This document shows positions 10,585 through 21,690 of a DNA stretch of 64,000 nt, in pieces (the stretch's first letter is position 1; the number at the start of each line of letters is the position of its first letter). The notes under the pieces are model-generated. The model saw nothing but the letters and a program-made list of their open reading frames with translations, was not told the origin of the DNA and made no database searches. The position numbers and the translations under genes were made by a program. The stretch comes from an uncultured Christensenella sp. GTDB taxonomy: Bacteria; Bacillota; Clostridia; Christensenellales; UBA1242. Location of the stretch: assembly GCA_949292875.1 (NCBI GenBank), contig CASFBJ010000016.1:31-64030 (forward strand), read 5' to 3'.

Positions 10585-12411
10585 TTAATCAAGTATTGCT
10601 TTTATTCTTCTTATACCGCTACTACTACTTTCTTCCTTTACAATCTTAAAGTGATGAAGTTCTTTAGTATTTTTTACATGAGGTCCACCACATATCTCTT
10701 TACTTACATTTCCAATAGTATATACTTTTACTTTTTCACCATACTTACTATCAAAAACTCCTAATGCGCCTTTACTTTTAGCTTCTTCCACACTCATTTC
10801 TTCACAAATTACATCTATTTCATCTTTTATTGCATTATTGACAAACTCTTCAACTTTTGCTATTTCTTCACTTGTTAGTTTATGGTCGCAATTAAAGTCA
10901 AATCTTAGTCTTTCTTCTGTGATATTACTTCCTTTTTGCCTAATATCCTTACTTACAATATTTTGTAGTCCTGCTTGAAGAAGATGTGTTGCAGTATGCA
11001 ATCTTGTAGTTTGCTCACTATTATCCACAAGTCCACCTTTAAAACTTCCAGCACTAGTAGTTCTAGCAAGTTCTTGATGTTCTTGACTAGCTTTTTTAAA
11101 TCCTTCCATATCTACACTAAATCCACGCTCTTCAGCCATTTCTTTAGTAAACTCTATAGGAAATCCAAATGTATCATAAAGTCTAAAAGCAGACTTACCA
11201 TTTATAATTTTACTAGGTATATCTTGATTATTATTTTTAGCAAATTCTATATGTCTTTCAATTCCAGACACAACTTTTTCAAATTCTTTTATACCTTGAT
11301 TTAAAGTTTTCAAAAATTTTTCTTCTTCTAATGAAAGTTCTTTTAATATCTTTTCTTCATTTGCTTTAATTTCAGGATAAAAATCTGCAAAATAATTGCA
11401 ATAAACTTTAGCAAGTTCTATAAGTTTGCCATCTTGTATGTCTAACTTTTTAGCATGTCTAATCGCCCTTCTAATAAGTCTACGCAAAACATATCCTGCG
11501 CCTGTATTTGATGGAGAAATTCCTTTTTCATCACCTAAAATAACTACTGCGCTTCTTATATGGTCTGCAACTATTCTAAAACTTGATGTAAACTCATCGC
11601 CTAAGTCATTATATACTTTGCCACTTAGTTCTTCAATCTTTTTCATAGCATCTTCAAATACATCAGTAACAAATACACTATTTGCGCCATTTAGCACAAC
11701 AAGACATCTTTCAACCCCAAATCCTGTATCCACATTTTTTTGCTTTGCTGGAACATAATCTGTATCAGATATCCTATTGTATTGCATATAAACATCATTA
11801 CCTATTTCCATATATTTACCGCAATCACAAGCAGGCGAACATTCTTCACAACATTTTGGTTTTCCAGTATCTAAAAACATTTCACTATCAGGTCCACAAG
11901 GTCCTCTATTTAGTTCCCACCAATTTTCACTCTTAGGTAGAAAAAATATTCTATCTTCTGGAACGCCTTGTTCTTTCCATAGATTATATGTTTCAGTATC
12001 TTTTGGCGCATATTCATTACCTTCAAAACAAGTAACAGCTATTTGGTTTTTAGATAATCCTAAATACTCTGGACTAGTTAAAAATTCGTAACTCCAAGCA
12101 ACTTTTTCCTTTTTGAAATAGTCCCCCAAACTCCAATTTCCCATCATCTCAAAAAAAGTAAGATGGAAGTTATCTCCCACTTCATCAATATCACCTGTAC
12201 GAATGCACTTTTGCACATCTGTAAGTCTTGTACCCATAGCATGCTTTTCGCCCAACAAATAAGGCACTAAAGGTTGCATTCCTGCAGTAGTAAAAAGACT
12301 ACTAGGGTCATTCTCTGGCAAAACAGAAGCAGATTTTATAACTTTATGTCCTTTACTTTGATAAAAAGTAAGCCACATATTTTTCAACTGCTTTGAAGTA
12401 AATTTTTTCAT
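10585..12411 (-). CDS. alaS: Alanine--tRNA ligase, short form without C-Ala domain
   Basis: LFTTAGMQP, QKCIR, FFEMMGNWS, VDTGFGVER, editing HTATH and CGGPH; ends at GIRRIKAILD. Confidence 0.95.
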   Translation of the reverse strand: MKKFTSKQLKNMWLTFYQSKGHKVIKSASVLPENDPSSLFTTAGMQPLVPYLLGEKHAMGTRLTDVQKCIRTGDIDEVGDNFHLTFFEMMGNWSLGDYFKKEKVAWSYEFLTSPEYLGLSKNQIAVTCFEGNEYAPKDTETYNLWKEQGVPEDRIFFLPKSENWWELNRGPCGPDSEMFLDTGKPKCCEECSPACDCGKYMEIGNDVYMQYNRISDTDYVPAKQKNVDTGFGVERCLVVLNGANSVFVTDVFEDAMKKIEELSGKVYNDLGDEFTSSFRIVADHIRSAVVILGDEKGISPSNTGAGYVLRRLIRRAIRHAKKLDIQDGKLIELAKVYCNYFADFYPEIKANEEKILKELSLEEEKFLKTLNQGIKEFEKVVSGIERHIEFAKNNNQDIPSKIINGKSAFRLYDTFGFPIEFTKEMAEERGFSVDMEGFKKASQEHQELARTTSAGSFKGGLVDNSEQTTRLHTATHLLQAGLQNIVSKDIRQKGSNITEERLRFDFNCDHKLTSEEIAKVEEFVNNAIKDEIDVICEEMSVEEAKSKGALGVFDSKYGEKVKVYTIGNVSKEICGGPHVKNTKELHHFKIVKEESSSSGIRRIKAILD

Positions 12412-12426
12412 TATAATTCTCCTATG

Positions 12427-13863
12427 TTAAAAGATATCATCTATATCTTCATTATTTTCAAGTGGCTCATATGTAACCGCTTCATTATTTTTCTTACTAT
12501 AATCTGGAGGCGCAGACTTTTCTAAGCTTTCTTCATTTCTATCCCTATTTACAGAAACAAAAGTAGTATATTCTCCTCTCCAAATAAGTGGAACTCGTCC
12601 TTGTTGACCATTACGATGTTTTGCTATAACAAGTTCTGTTAGGTTATCACTTGCTTTTGAATCTGCATATTGATCTGGTCTATTTATGAAAAGCACAATA
12701 TCAGCATCTTGCTCTATAGAACCAGACTCTCTTAAGTCTGAAAGCATAGGAGTATGGTCTTTTCTTGATTCCACTGCACGATTTAATTGAGACAAAAGCA
12801 AAATAGGTATCTCCAAATCTTTTGCAGCAATCTTTAATGCTCTTGTAAACTCACTAATAACTACTTGCCTAGTTTTATCTTGCCCGCCATCAGTATCCAT
12901 CAGTTGCAAATAGTCTATCATAATCATATCTAATCCCTTTTCATGCTTTAATCTTCTACACTTTGCCGTAATACTTAATGGATTAGAATATGAATTGTCA
13001 TCAATATATATGTCTAAATCTTTTAGCTTATTGCTTGCTTCAAACAATCTTTGCCACTCTTCGCTATTTAAGTCACCGCTAAGCGCTTTCGCCATATTTA
13101 CACAAGCAAGTGAACATAGCATTCTTTGAGTAATTTGTTCTTTAGGCATTTCAAGAGAAAATATAGCACATTTATGCCCCGCTAAAGCAGCATTTGTAAT
13201 AACATTCATAGCGAAACTCGTTTTACCAAAACCTGGTCTTGCAGCAAGCAAAATTAAATCACCTTTTTGAAAACCATTAGTTAATTTATCTAATCCGTAA
13301 AATCCTGTTGTTATTCCTCTTAGTTTTGACTTGTCTTTTTGTATGTCTTGCAATTCTTTTATAACAGGGTCAACATTATCACTAATCTTAATCAAAGAAG
13401 ATTTTATGCCATTATCCGCAATATCAAATATAAGTTTTTCTGCATAAACTAATGGTTCTCTTGAATTTGATTCATAAGCAGAAGAAATTATCTCTTGCCC
13501 AGCATTTATAAGTTGACGAAGTAGACTATCTCTTTTTACTATATCTACATAATACTCATAATTAAAAGCACTAGGTAACATATTAGAAAGTTTTGCCAAA
13601 TACTCTATATCACCAACACTTTCAAGCAGTCCGCTTTTTTCTAAACTATCTGAAAGCGTTATAAGGTCTATAGGCTTATTATCCATATAAAGATTTAGCA
13701 TAGCTTCAAATATTATCCCGTGTGATTCTATATAAAAATCTTCTACTTTTAAATCACCTAAAATACCTGCAGGCGCATTACTATCTATAAGAACACAACC
13801 CAAGCAACTTTGTTCCGCTTCTATATTGTGCGGAAGCGTTTTCCCTTTTACAGCTTTTGCCAT
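12427..13863 (-). CDS. dnaB: Replicative DNA helicase
   Basis: PHNIEAEQ, AARPGFGKT, IDYLQLM, LSQLNR, DLRESGSIEQDAD; start at ATG 13863 behind GGAG. Confidence 0.95.
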   Translation of the reverse strand: MAKAVKGKTLPHNIEAEQSCLGCVLIDSNAPAGILGDLKVEDFYIESHGIIFEAMLNLYMDNKPIDLITLSDSLEKSGLLESVGDIEYLAKLSNMLPSAFNYEYYVDIVKRDSLLRQLINAGQEIISSAYESNSREPLVYAEKLIFDIADNGIKSSLIKISDNVDPVIKELQDIQKDKSKLRGITTGFYGLDKLTNGFQKGDLILLAARPGFGKTSFAMNVITNAALAGHKCAIFSLEMPKEQITQRMLCSLACVNMAKALSGDLNSEEWQRLFEASNKLKDLDIYIDDNSYSNPLSITAKCRRLKHEKGLDMIMIDYLQLMDTDGGQDKTRQVVISEFTRALKIAAKDLEIPILLLSQLNRAVESRKDHTPMLSDLRESGSIEQDADIVLFINRPDQYADSKASDNLTELVIAKHRNGQQGRVPLIWRGEYTTFVSVNRDRNEESLEKSAPPDYSKKNNEAVTYEPLENNEDIDDIF

Positions 13864-13873
13864 AGCATCTCTC

Positions 13874-14179
13874 CTATTCACCAAAAATATCTATATCTTC
13901 TTCCTTTGGTATAGCTCTCTTACCTTTTCTTTCATTTTCTTCTTTCTCAGCCTTTTCATACAAACTTTGCACATAAAGACCTATTACTCCCGCTATAGTT
14001 AGACATACGGCAGTAACAACCCAGATAACCCATTCATGAGTTGTACCTATAAGAATGTACAAAAGCACATCAATTATAAGCACAGGAATAAAAGATATGA
14101 GCATTACCCTAAAAAAGTATTTAAAATACCCTTTATACATAGATTTTTTTTCATAAAGATTGTTGTTTTTTTTAGACAT
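13874..14179 (-). CDS. Small two-TM membrane protein
   Basis: Two hydrophobic segments; tightly packed between typA and dnaB. Confidence 0.7.
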   Translation of the reverse strand: MSKKNNNLYEKKSMYKGYFKYFFRVMLISFIPVLIIDVLLYILIGTTHEWVIWVVTAVCLTIAGVIGLYVQSLYEKAEKEENERKGKRAIPKEEDIDIFGE

Positions 14180-14181
14180 AA

Positions 14182-16002
14182 TTATTTACCTTTAAATTTG
14201 TTTTTCATTCTTTGGTCATGATCAAGTATTATTTTTCTCATTCTTAAACTTTTAGGTGTAACTTCCAAATACTCATCATTTGCTATAAAATCTAAACAAT
14301 TTTCAAGTGATGGTGCCTTAATAGGCGTTAATCTTAATGCTTCATCAGATGAAGAACTTCTGCAGTTTGATAAATGCTTTTTCTTACAAACATTTACAAC
14401 CAAATCATCACTCTTTGCATTTTCACCTACTATCATTCCAGCATATACAGGTGTACCAGTAGTAATAAAGAGTCTTCCTCTATCTTGCGCATTGTATAAC
14501 CCGTATTGAATAGCTTCTCCAGATTCAAAAGAAATAAGTGAACCATTTGTTCTTCTTTCTATGTCACCTTTATATGGCTCATATCCCATAGGCACAGTGT
14601 TAAGTATACCTTCTCCCTTTGTATCTGTTAAAAATTCGCTTTTGTAACCAAAAAGACCTCTAGCGGGTATAGAAAACTCTATCCTCATTCTATTTTGATG
14701 TGGCATCATATTTAAAAGTTCACCTTTTCTTGAACCCATTTTTTCCATTATTACACCAACGCTTTCTTCCGGCACATCTATTATTGCTTTTTCCATAGGT
14801 TCACATTTCACACCATCTATTTCTTTGAAAAGAACCCTAGGCATACCTACTTGAAACTCGTATCCCTCTCTCCTCATATTTTCAATTAAAATAGACAAGT
14901 GCATTTCACCTCTACCACAAACTTTAAAACTTTCACTAGTTTCACCATCTGTAACCCTTAAAGATAAGTCTCTATCCGCTTCTTTGTAAAGCCTATCTCT
15001 TAAATGTCTACTAGTTAAAAATTTTCCTTCCTTACCAGCAAATGGACTATCATTTACTGTGAAAGTCATTTCTACACTAGGTTCACTAATCTTAACAAAT
15101 GGAAGAGCCTCAACTTGTGAAGAATCACAAATTGTATCACCTATTTGTACGCCTTCTGCACCAGCAACCAAAACAATATCTCCAACCGTAGCACTCTCAA
15201 CAGGCACTCTCTTCAACCCTTCAAATTGAAATAGTGTCGCAATCTTTGTTTTAATATTTTTTTCTTCATTGTGATAGTTACATAATGTAATAGGTTGATT
15301 AACACGAATGTTTCCTCTTGTTACTTTTCCTATAGCAAGTTTTCCAACAAAGTCATTAGGCTCAGTTGCTGAAACTAGCATTTGTAAAGGTGCGTTTTCA
15401 TCTCCTTCTGGAGCTGGAATGTAATTTATAATAGTTTCAAACAAAGGCTTAAAGTCTACTGCATTATCATCCATATTAGTCTTAGCAACGCCATTTCTTG
15501 CACTAGCAAATATGAAAGGACTTGCTAATTGTTCTTCACTAGCATCTAAATCCATAAGTAAAAGTAAAACTTCATCTATTACTTCTGTTATTCTTTCATC
15601 TGGTCTATCAATCTTATTTATAACAACTATTACTTTATGATTAAGTTCCAATGCTTTTTGCAAAACAAATCTTGTTTGTGGCATTGGGCCTTCAAATGCA
15701 TCTACAACAAGAAGTACGCCGTCCACCATTTTCATAACTCTTTCAACTTCTCCACCAAAATCGGCGTGTCCAGGCGTATCTATAACATTTATTTTAACAC
15801 CATTGTACATACATGAAGTATTTTTTGCGAGTATAGTTATTCCTCTTTCTTTTTCTTGAGCATTATTATCCATTACTCTATCAGAAACTTCTTGATTTTC
15901 TCTAAAAACATTACCTTGTTTTAGCATTTCATTAACAAGCGAAGTTTTGCCGTGGTCTACATGGGCAATAATCGCTACATTTCTTACCTTATCATTTTTC
16001 AT
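14182..16002 (-). CDS. typA: Translational GTPase TypA/BipA
   Basis: AHVDHGKT, ERGITI, DTPGH, NKID, GRGEMHLSILIENMRREG. Confidence 0.97.
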   Translation of the reverse strand: MKNDKVRNVAIIAHVDHGKTSLVNEMLKQGNVFRENQEVSDRVMDNNAQEKERGITILAKNTSCMYNGVKINVIDTPGHADFGGEVERVMKMVDGVLLVVDAFEGPMPQTRFVLQKALELNHKVIVVINKIDRPDERITEVIDEVLLLLMDLDASEEQLASPFIFASARNGVAKTNMDDNAVDFKPLFETIINYIPAPEGDENAPLQMLVSATEPNDFVGKLAIGKVTRGNIRVNQPITLCNYHNEEKNIKTKIATLFQFEGLKRVPVESATVGDIVLVAGAEGVQIGDTICDSSQVEALPFVKISEPSVEMTFTVNDSPFAGKEGKFLTSRHLRDRLYKEADRDLSLRVTDGETSESFKVCGRGEMHLSILIENMRREGYEFQVGMPRVLFKEIDGVKCEPMEKAIIDVPEESVGVIMEKMGSRKGELLNMMPHQNRMRIEFSIPARGLFGYKSEFLTDTKGEGILNTVPMGYEPYKGDIERRTNGSLISFESGEAIQYGLYNAQDRGRLFITTGTPVYAGMIVGENAKSDDLVVNVCKKKHLSNCRSSSSDEALRLTPIKAPSLENCLDFIANDEYLEVTPKSLRMRKIILDHDQRMKNKFKGK

Positions 16003-16283
16003 CTTTTATCTACCTTACTTTTAATCAAATTTTGTTTTTTTTGGAAATTATCCATGTTTCTATAGTATAGCATACTATACTATCTTTGCATAGTACTTTA
16101 ATAAAAATAGTTGCAAATATTTTTTAATACGCTTAAAAAAAGTAAGCAATTTTTATAAATTCTTTAAGTTAAAATTTTTATTTGCAAAATATTTTTTATT
16201 TTATTTTTATAACAAAAACTAAAATTAAGTTATATTTTATACAATTAAATAACTAATTTTATCAAATTTACATCTCTCAAACA

Positions 16284-17201
16284 CTAATTTAGAAACCCTT
16301 GAATAATTGTATCTACAGCTTGTTTTTCATCAAGTCCTAAAGTCATAAGTTTTACAACTTGCTCAGGTGCAAGTTTACCAATCACTGCTTCATGTACAAG
16401 GTTCGCACCGCTACACATCGCACTTATTTCTGGAGTTGATGTAACTTTTGCCATATCATCAATTATTGCATCACATTCAACATGTCCAAAACACTCTTTT
16501 TCTCCAACTAATTTACTTGTAAAAGCTTGTTCACTATTATCTGTTGCAAAACTCCTACTAGTTATATGACAAGAACTTTTTTCTCCTTTTAGCCTTACTT
16601 CAAAATCTGTTTTACAAACTTGTTTTAGATTAGTACTAATACTTTCTTTTATTATTAAATTAGCATTCTTTAAAACTTCTGCATAAGTTTTTCTATCGCT
16701 ATCATCTATACCGTTTAGTTGATGAGTTTCCATAATAAATGAAGAACCTTCTTCCAAGTATATTTTTGTATTAGGATTCATTATTTTTTTTGCACTTATA
16801 TCTCCATAAGCAATATGCTTTTCCACGTAACGAACTTTACTATTTTTACCTACACGGAAAGTATGCTCTCCACTATGCTCACTAGTTTCTTTTCCAGTAC
16901 AATGTATACCACAGCCTGCAATTATTAAAATGTCGCAATCATCACCTATATAAAAATCATTATAAACTATATCTTTTAATCCTGATTTAGTTAAAACAAC
17001 AGGAATGTGTATACTTTGATTTTTTACCCCGCTTTTTACATATATTTCTATACCATCTTTTTCTTTTTGCGGAACAATATTTATTTCTTTAGTGCTTTTT
17101 CTTTTATCAAGCTTACCATTAACTCTTATATTATAAGCTCCTTGCGGAACTTTTTCTAGGTTCGCTATCTCTTTAAGTATATTTTTCTTGATTTCATCCA
17201 T
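16284..17201 (-). CDS. SufB/SufD-family Fe-S scaffold (SmsB-like)
   Basis: AGCGIH, GHVECDAII, HEAVIGK, KLMTLGL motifs; start at ATG 17201 behind GAGG. Confidence 0.85.
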   Translation of the reverse strand: MDEIKKNILKEIANLEKVPQGAYNIRVNGKLDKRKSTKEINIVPQKEKDGIEIYVKSGVKNQSIHIPVVLTKSGLKDIVYNDFYIGDDCDILIIAGCGIHCTGKETSEHSGEHTFRVGKNSKVRYVEKHIAYGDISAKKIMNPNTKIYLEEGSSFIMETHQLNGIDDSDRKTYAEVLKNANLIIKESISTNLKQVCKTDFEVRLKGEKSSCHITSRSFATDNSEQAFTSKLVGEKECFGHVECDAIIDDMAKVTSTPEISAMCSGANLVHEAVIGKLAPEQVVKLMTLGLDEKQAVDTIIQGFLN

Positions 17202-17202
17202 A

Positions 17203-17877
17203 TTATTGCACCTCACAAAGAACTTTCATTGGAGTACCTTGTTTAACAATCTCTCCATCACTCATAACTATAAGTCTATCCATAACGCTAATAAGTTTTT
17301 CTTGATGAGAAACTATCATAATCATAGGATTCCCTTGAAATCTTAAATTTTGAAAAACTTGAATTAGTTTACTAAATGACCACAAATCTATACCTGCTTC
17401 AGGTTCATCAAAAATCAAGCATTTACTTTTCTTGAAAAGTATACTTGCTATTTCTAATCTTTTTAGTTCCCCACCAGACAAATTGCTATCTAATTCTCTA
17501 TCTAAGTAAGAATTAGGACAAAGACCTAAAGTTGAAAGTACTTTGCATTGCTCTTTTCTATCTAATTTTCTTCCCGCAGATATCTCAAACAATTTACTTA
17601 TAGATACACCTTTAAACTTAACAGGTTGCTGAAAAGCAAAACTAATACCTAATTTAGCTCTTTCTGTTATACTTAAATTAGTAATATCTTCGCCATCAAA
17701 AAACACTTGTCCACTTGTAGGTTTTTCTATTCCCATCACAACTTTCATTAAAGTAGATTTACCACTTCCGTTTGCGCCAGTGATAGCAACCATTTCTCCA
17801 TAATCAATTGAAAGATTAATATTTTTTAATATTTTTTTACCTTCTTTTTCAACACATATATTCTTAAATTCTAACAT
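17203..17877 (-). CDS. SufC-like ABC ATPase (SmsC-like)
   Basis: GANGSGKST, ITERAKLGI-FQQP, LSGGELKR, DEPEAGID; adjacent to the SufBD gene. Confidence 0.88.
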   Translation of the reverse strand: MLEFKNICVEKEGKKILKNINLSIDYGEMVAITGANGSGKSTLMKVVMGIEKPTSGQVFFDGEDITNLSITERAKLGISFAFQQPVKFKGVSISKLFEISAGRKLDRKEQCKVLSTLGLCPNSYLDRELDSNLSGGELKRLEIASILFKKSKCLIFDEPEAGIDLWSFSKLIQVFQNLRFQGNPMIMIVSHQEKLISVMDRLIVMSDGEIVKQGTPMKVLCEVQ

Positions 17878-17968
17878 AAGGCTCCTTTTATGAAGAATTA
17901 TAACACGATACATCATTTTTTTCAAGAGTTTATTATACAAGAATTAAAAAAAAGGATATGTATCCTTT

Positions 17969-19414
17969 TTATAATCTTGAAATAGTATTTTGCATTCTTC
18001 TTAGACTTTCTTCTTTTCCAAGAACATGCAATATTTCACCGCTTCCACAAGGAGTAACAGTTTGCCCAGAAACTGCAATACGAACAGGCCACATTACAAA
18101 CCCTAACTTATAACCTTTTTCGTTTGCATATTTGCTTAATATGTTGTTTAATTTTTCTTGTGTCCAATCTTTCTCGCCTTGCAAAAGAGTGACAACATCT
18201 ATAAGTACTGCTTTAGAATTTTCTAAATTTGTTTTATTTTTCTTATTTATTAAAAGTTCTAAATCAAAATCTGGATATTTATAAAAGAACTGTAATTTTT
18301 CTTCAAGTTCATTTGCATTACTTATTCTTGTTTGCATAAAATCGCTTAAAAATAACCAATTATCTTTGATAATATTAGGCAATTTTTCAATATATGGTGC
18401 TGTATAGTCTAAAAATTCTTGTTTACTTAACCTAGTTATATATTCGCTATTAAACCAATTCAACTTTTTATAATCAAATATTGAATCAGATTTTACTAAA
18501 CCTTCTAAAGTGAATAAATCTACAAGTTCATTTAGAGAGAAAATTTCTCTTTCCAATTTTGAACTCCAACCTAAAAGAGCAACATAATTGATTATAGCTT
18601 GAGTTAAATATCCTTCGCTTACTAAATCTTCAAAACTTTTTGCACCATGTCTTTTAGATAATTTTGAAACACTTCCATCTTCATTTTGTCCTAAAATTTG
18701 AGAAAGATGTGCAATTTTAGGACTTTCCCAACCAAAAGCCTTATATAAAAGTTCATACTTAGGAGTAGATGAAATATATTCTCTACCTCTCATCACATGA
18801 GTTATACCCATAAGATGATCGTCAATTACATTTGCAAAATTGTATGTAGGCATTCCATCACTTTTTAATAATATCTGGTCATCAAGCGTACTATTTTCTA
18901 CTCTTATTTCGCCATAAACTTCATCATAAAAAACAGTTTCACCATCAAGAGGCATTTTTTGTCTTATAACATAAGGTTTTCCGTTTTTTAAGTTTTGCTC
19001 TACTTCTTCTTTGCTAAGATTTCTACAATGTCTATCGTATCCAGCAAAATTATTTTCTTCTTTACTATCGTGTTCATGAGTTTTTTCACAAAAACAATAA
19101 TAAGCAAACCCTTTGTCTACTAACTCATGTGCATATTTTTTATATATATCTACCCTTTCACTTTGCACATATGGTCCATAATTTCCGCCTTTATCAGGGC
19201 CTTCATCATAGTCTAGATTTGCCATTTTTAATGAATTATATATTACATCTATAGCATCATCTACATACCTACTTCTGTCGGTATCTTCTATACGCAATAT
19301 ATATGTACCGTTATTATGTCTAGCAAAAAGATACGCATATAATGCAGTTCTAAGATTTCCTATATGCATATACCCAGTAGGACTAGGAGCGTATCTAGTT
19401 CTTACTTTCATCAT
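17969..19414 (-). CDS. gltX: Glutamate--tRNA ligase
   Basis: RYAPSPTG, HIGN, RIEDTD, KLSKR. Confidence 0.96.
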   Translation of the reverse strand: MMKVRTRYAPSPTGYMHIGNLRTALYAYLFARHNNGTYILRIEDTDRSRYVDDAIDVIYNSLKMANLDYDEGPDKGGNYGPYVQSERVDIYKKYAHELVDKGFAYYCFCEKTHEHDSKEENNFAGYDRHCRNLSKEEVEQNLKNGKPYVIRQKMPLDGETVFYDEVYGEIRVENSTLDDQILLKSDGMPTYNFANVIDDHLMGITHVMRGREYISSTPKYELLYKAFGWESPKIAHLSQILGQNEDGSVSKLSKRHGAKSFEDLVSEGYLTQAIINYVALLGWSSKLEREIFSLNELVDLFTLEGLVKSDSIFDYKKLNWFNSEYITRLSKQEFLDYTAPYIEKLPNIIKDNWLFLSDFMQTRISNANELEEKLQFFYKYPDFDLELLINKKNKTNLENSKAVLIDVVTLLQGEKDWTQEKLNNILSKYANEKGYKLGFVMWPVRIAVSGQTVTPCGSGEILHVLGKEESLRRMQNTISRL

Positions 19415-19487
19415 TTTATCTCCTTCAATTAATTATGTTCAAAATAACTATTTATAACATTTTAAAAATTTATATCATACAATTACA

Positions 19488-20072
19488 TCATACGAAATGT
19501 TTTATAAAAGTTTTCCTATGTATAGGACAAGCACCATATTTCTTAAGTAATTCTATATGTTGTTTTGTCCCATAACCTTTATGCTTTGCAAATGCATACT
19601 CTGGATAAATCTTATCATATTCTTTCATCTTTCTATCCCTATATACTTTTGCAAGTATAGATGCTGCAGCAATACTATAACTTAGAGCATCGCCATGAAT
19701 TATATTTTCTTGTTTTATACTTGTATCTATACTAACCGCATCTATTAAAACAATTTCAGGTTTAATGCTTAAACTCTCAATGCAATTTTTCATACCAAGT
19801 TTTGTAGCATTTAATATATTTATCTCATCTATTGTTTTTTCATCAACTTCACATATTGCATAATCTATTGCTTTTTCTATAATTTCATCATACAACTTTT
19901 CACGCTTTTTTTCAGTAAGTTTTTTACTATCATTTATTCCTTCAATTATATCTTCACTATCTAAAGGCATGACTACACAAGCGCAAACGACAGGACCTGC
20001 AAGAGGACCACGACCGGCTTCATCTATACCCGCAATTATGCAATCTTTGTACTTTTCTTCGTATTCAAACAT
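19488..20072 (-). CDS. rnhB: Ribonuclease HII
   Basis: GIDEAGRGPLAGPV, DSKKL, IAAASILAKV.RD, HKGYGT. Confidence 0.96.
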   Translation of the reverse strand: MFEYEEKYKDCIIAGIDEAGRGPLAGPVVCACVVMPLDSEDIIEGINDSKKLTEKKREKLYDEIIEKAIDYAICEVDEKTIDEINILNATKLGMKNCIESLSIKPEIVLIDAVSIDTSIKQENIIHGDALSYSIAAASILAKVYRDRKMKEYDKIYPEYAFAKHKGYGTKQHIELLKKYGACPIHRKTFIKHFV

Positions 20073-20085
20073 ACACTCTATACTT

Positions 20086-20109
20086 AAAAAAACGCATAAG
20101 CGTTTTTTT
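20086..20109 (-). terminator. Intrinsic terminator after rubrerythrin
   Basis: AAAAAAACGC-ATAA-GCGTTTTTTT. Confidence 0.65.
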
Positions 20110-20110
20110 A

Positions 20111-20647
20111 TTAATAATTTTCCTTTCTTATTTCAAAAAAACTTTGTGGGTGGTCGCAAACTGGACAAACTTCAGGCGCCTTAGTTCCTACAACTATATG
20201 TCCGCAATTTCTGCATTCCCAAACTTTTACTTCAGACTTTTCAAATACTTGCTTAGTTTCAACATTTTGCAAAAGTTTTCTATATCTTTCTTCGTGCATT
20301 TTCTCTATTTCACCAACTGCACGGAACTTTTTAGCAAGTTCAGGGAAACCTTCTTCTTCAGCAGTTTTTGCAAATCTTTCATACATATCTGTCCATTCGT
20401 AATTTTCGCCACTTGCAGCCTCAGTTAAGTTTTGCACTGTATTACCTATTCCTTGCAACTCCTTGAACCATATCTTTGCGTGTTCTTTTTCATTATCAGC
20501 AGTATTTTGGAATAATGCAGATATTTGTTCGTATCCTTCTTTCTTTGCAACACTTGCAAAATATGTGTACTTATTTCTTGCTTGACTTTCACCAGCAAAA
20601 GCCTCTAAAAGATTTTTTTCAGTTTGAGTTCCTTTATATTTGTTCAT
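20111..20647 (-). CDS. rbr: Rubrerythrin
   Basis: [21 protein letters not shown]-terminal CRNCG...CPVCDHP. Confidence 0.95.
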   Translation of the reverse strand: MNKYKGTQTEKNLLEAFAGESQARNKYTYFASVAKKEGYEQISALFQNTADNEKEHAKIWFKELQGIGNTVQNLTEAASGENYEWTDMYERFAKTAEEEGFPELAKKFRAVGEIEKMHEERYRKLLQNVETKQVFEKSEVKVWECRNCGHIVVGTKAPEVCPVCDHPQSFFEIRKENY

Positions 20648-20735
20648 TGTATATCTCCTTAAAAAAATGTACTAATACTAGAGTATAGCACATTTTCTAA
20701 AAAAACAAAATATTTTCAAAAAATTTTTAAAATTT

Positions 20736-21419
20736 TTATCTGTACATTTCCATTTCTTTATATTTATCATCTTTTTTAGTAATAGGAGTATTTTGAATAG
20801 CAATAAAATTATCTGCATAATCAATTATCTCGCCTATTTGACTCTGTAAAAATTCTTTTAATTCTTCTATTCTTTCTTGCAATTTATAAACCTTAAAAAT
20901 GATATCACTATTTTTACAAGTTATACTATCCATATTTTCTGTATTGCCAATAGGTTCATTATTTTCTTCGCTTTCACCTTGTTGATTATTATCATTTTCT
21001 TTTAATACATCTTCTTCATTTTTTTCATTATTATTATCTTCTATTGCAACATAACTTTCATCTTTACCAATGCTATTAATAGCACTTTCTATATCTATAT
21101 CAATATCATCTCCAACACTTATCATTTTTGCTGTTGCAATTTTATTAAAAACTTCTTGCATATACTCTTCAGAAGGTAGCAACGCTTGATGATTTAACAA
21201 AATTTCATACATAGCAAGATATCTTAATTTTTGTGTTTTAAGTTTAAATCTTATATTTCCCAAGTTAATAAATTCTCTCAATAATGTTGCGTAATTAAAA
21301 TTTTCATATTCTGATAAATATGCACAAAATTGCATTTGATTTTTATTTATCAATAAAAGCTCTCTTGGAGAAAAGTAGAAATCTAATGCACTTGCTTCTG
21401 GATACACTGTCTTTAACAT
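20736..21419 (-). CDS. Hypothetical protein with an acidic Asn/Glu-rich linker
   Basis: 227-aa ORF, AAGGAG RBS, TTGACA-17-TAAAAT promoter. Confidence 0.7.
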   Translation of the reverse strand: MLKTVYPEASALDFYFSPRELLLINKNQMQFCAYLSEYENFNYATLLREFINLGNIRFKLKTQKLRYLAMYEILLNHQALLPSEEYMQEVFNKIATAKMISVGDDIDIDIESAINSIGKDESYVAIEDNNNEKNEEDVLKENDNNQQGESEENNEPIGNTENMDSITCKNSDIIFKVYKLQERIEELKEFLQSQIGEIIDYADNFIAIQNTPITKKDDKYKEMEMYR

Positions 21420-21690
21420 AAAAAATCTCCTTAAATAAACTATAATTATTTTATCACATTAGCAATAATATGTCAAGACTTGTTTTAAACTATAAGAATT
21501 ACCTATTAAAAGCAAAATTTTTTCTTTACACAACAAGTTTTAAAGAATATTGACAATTTTAATTTTAATTAAATTCTAAAAACTAAAATTAAAACTTATT
21601 AATAATAAAAATTTAAAAATAATAAAAATTTTTGCATTATATTTTATTTTTGCTATAATTATATATGAAAAATATGTATGGATGGTAAAT

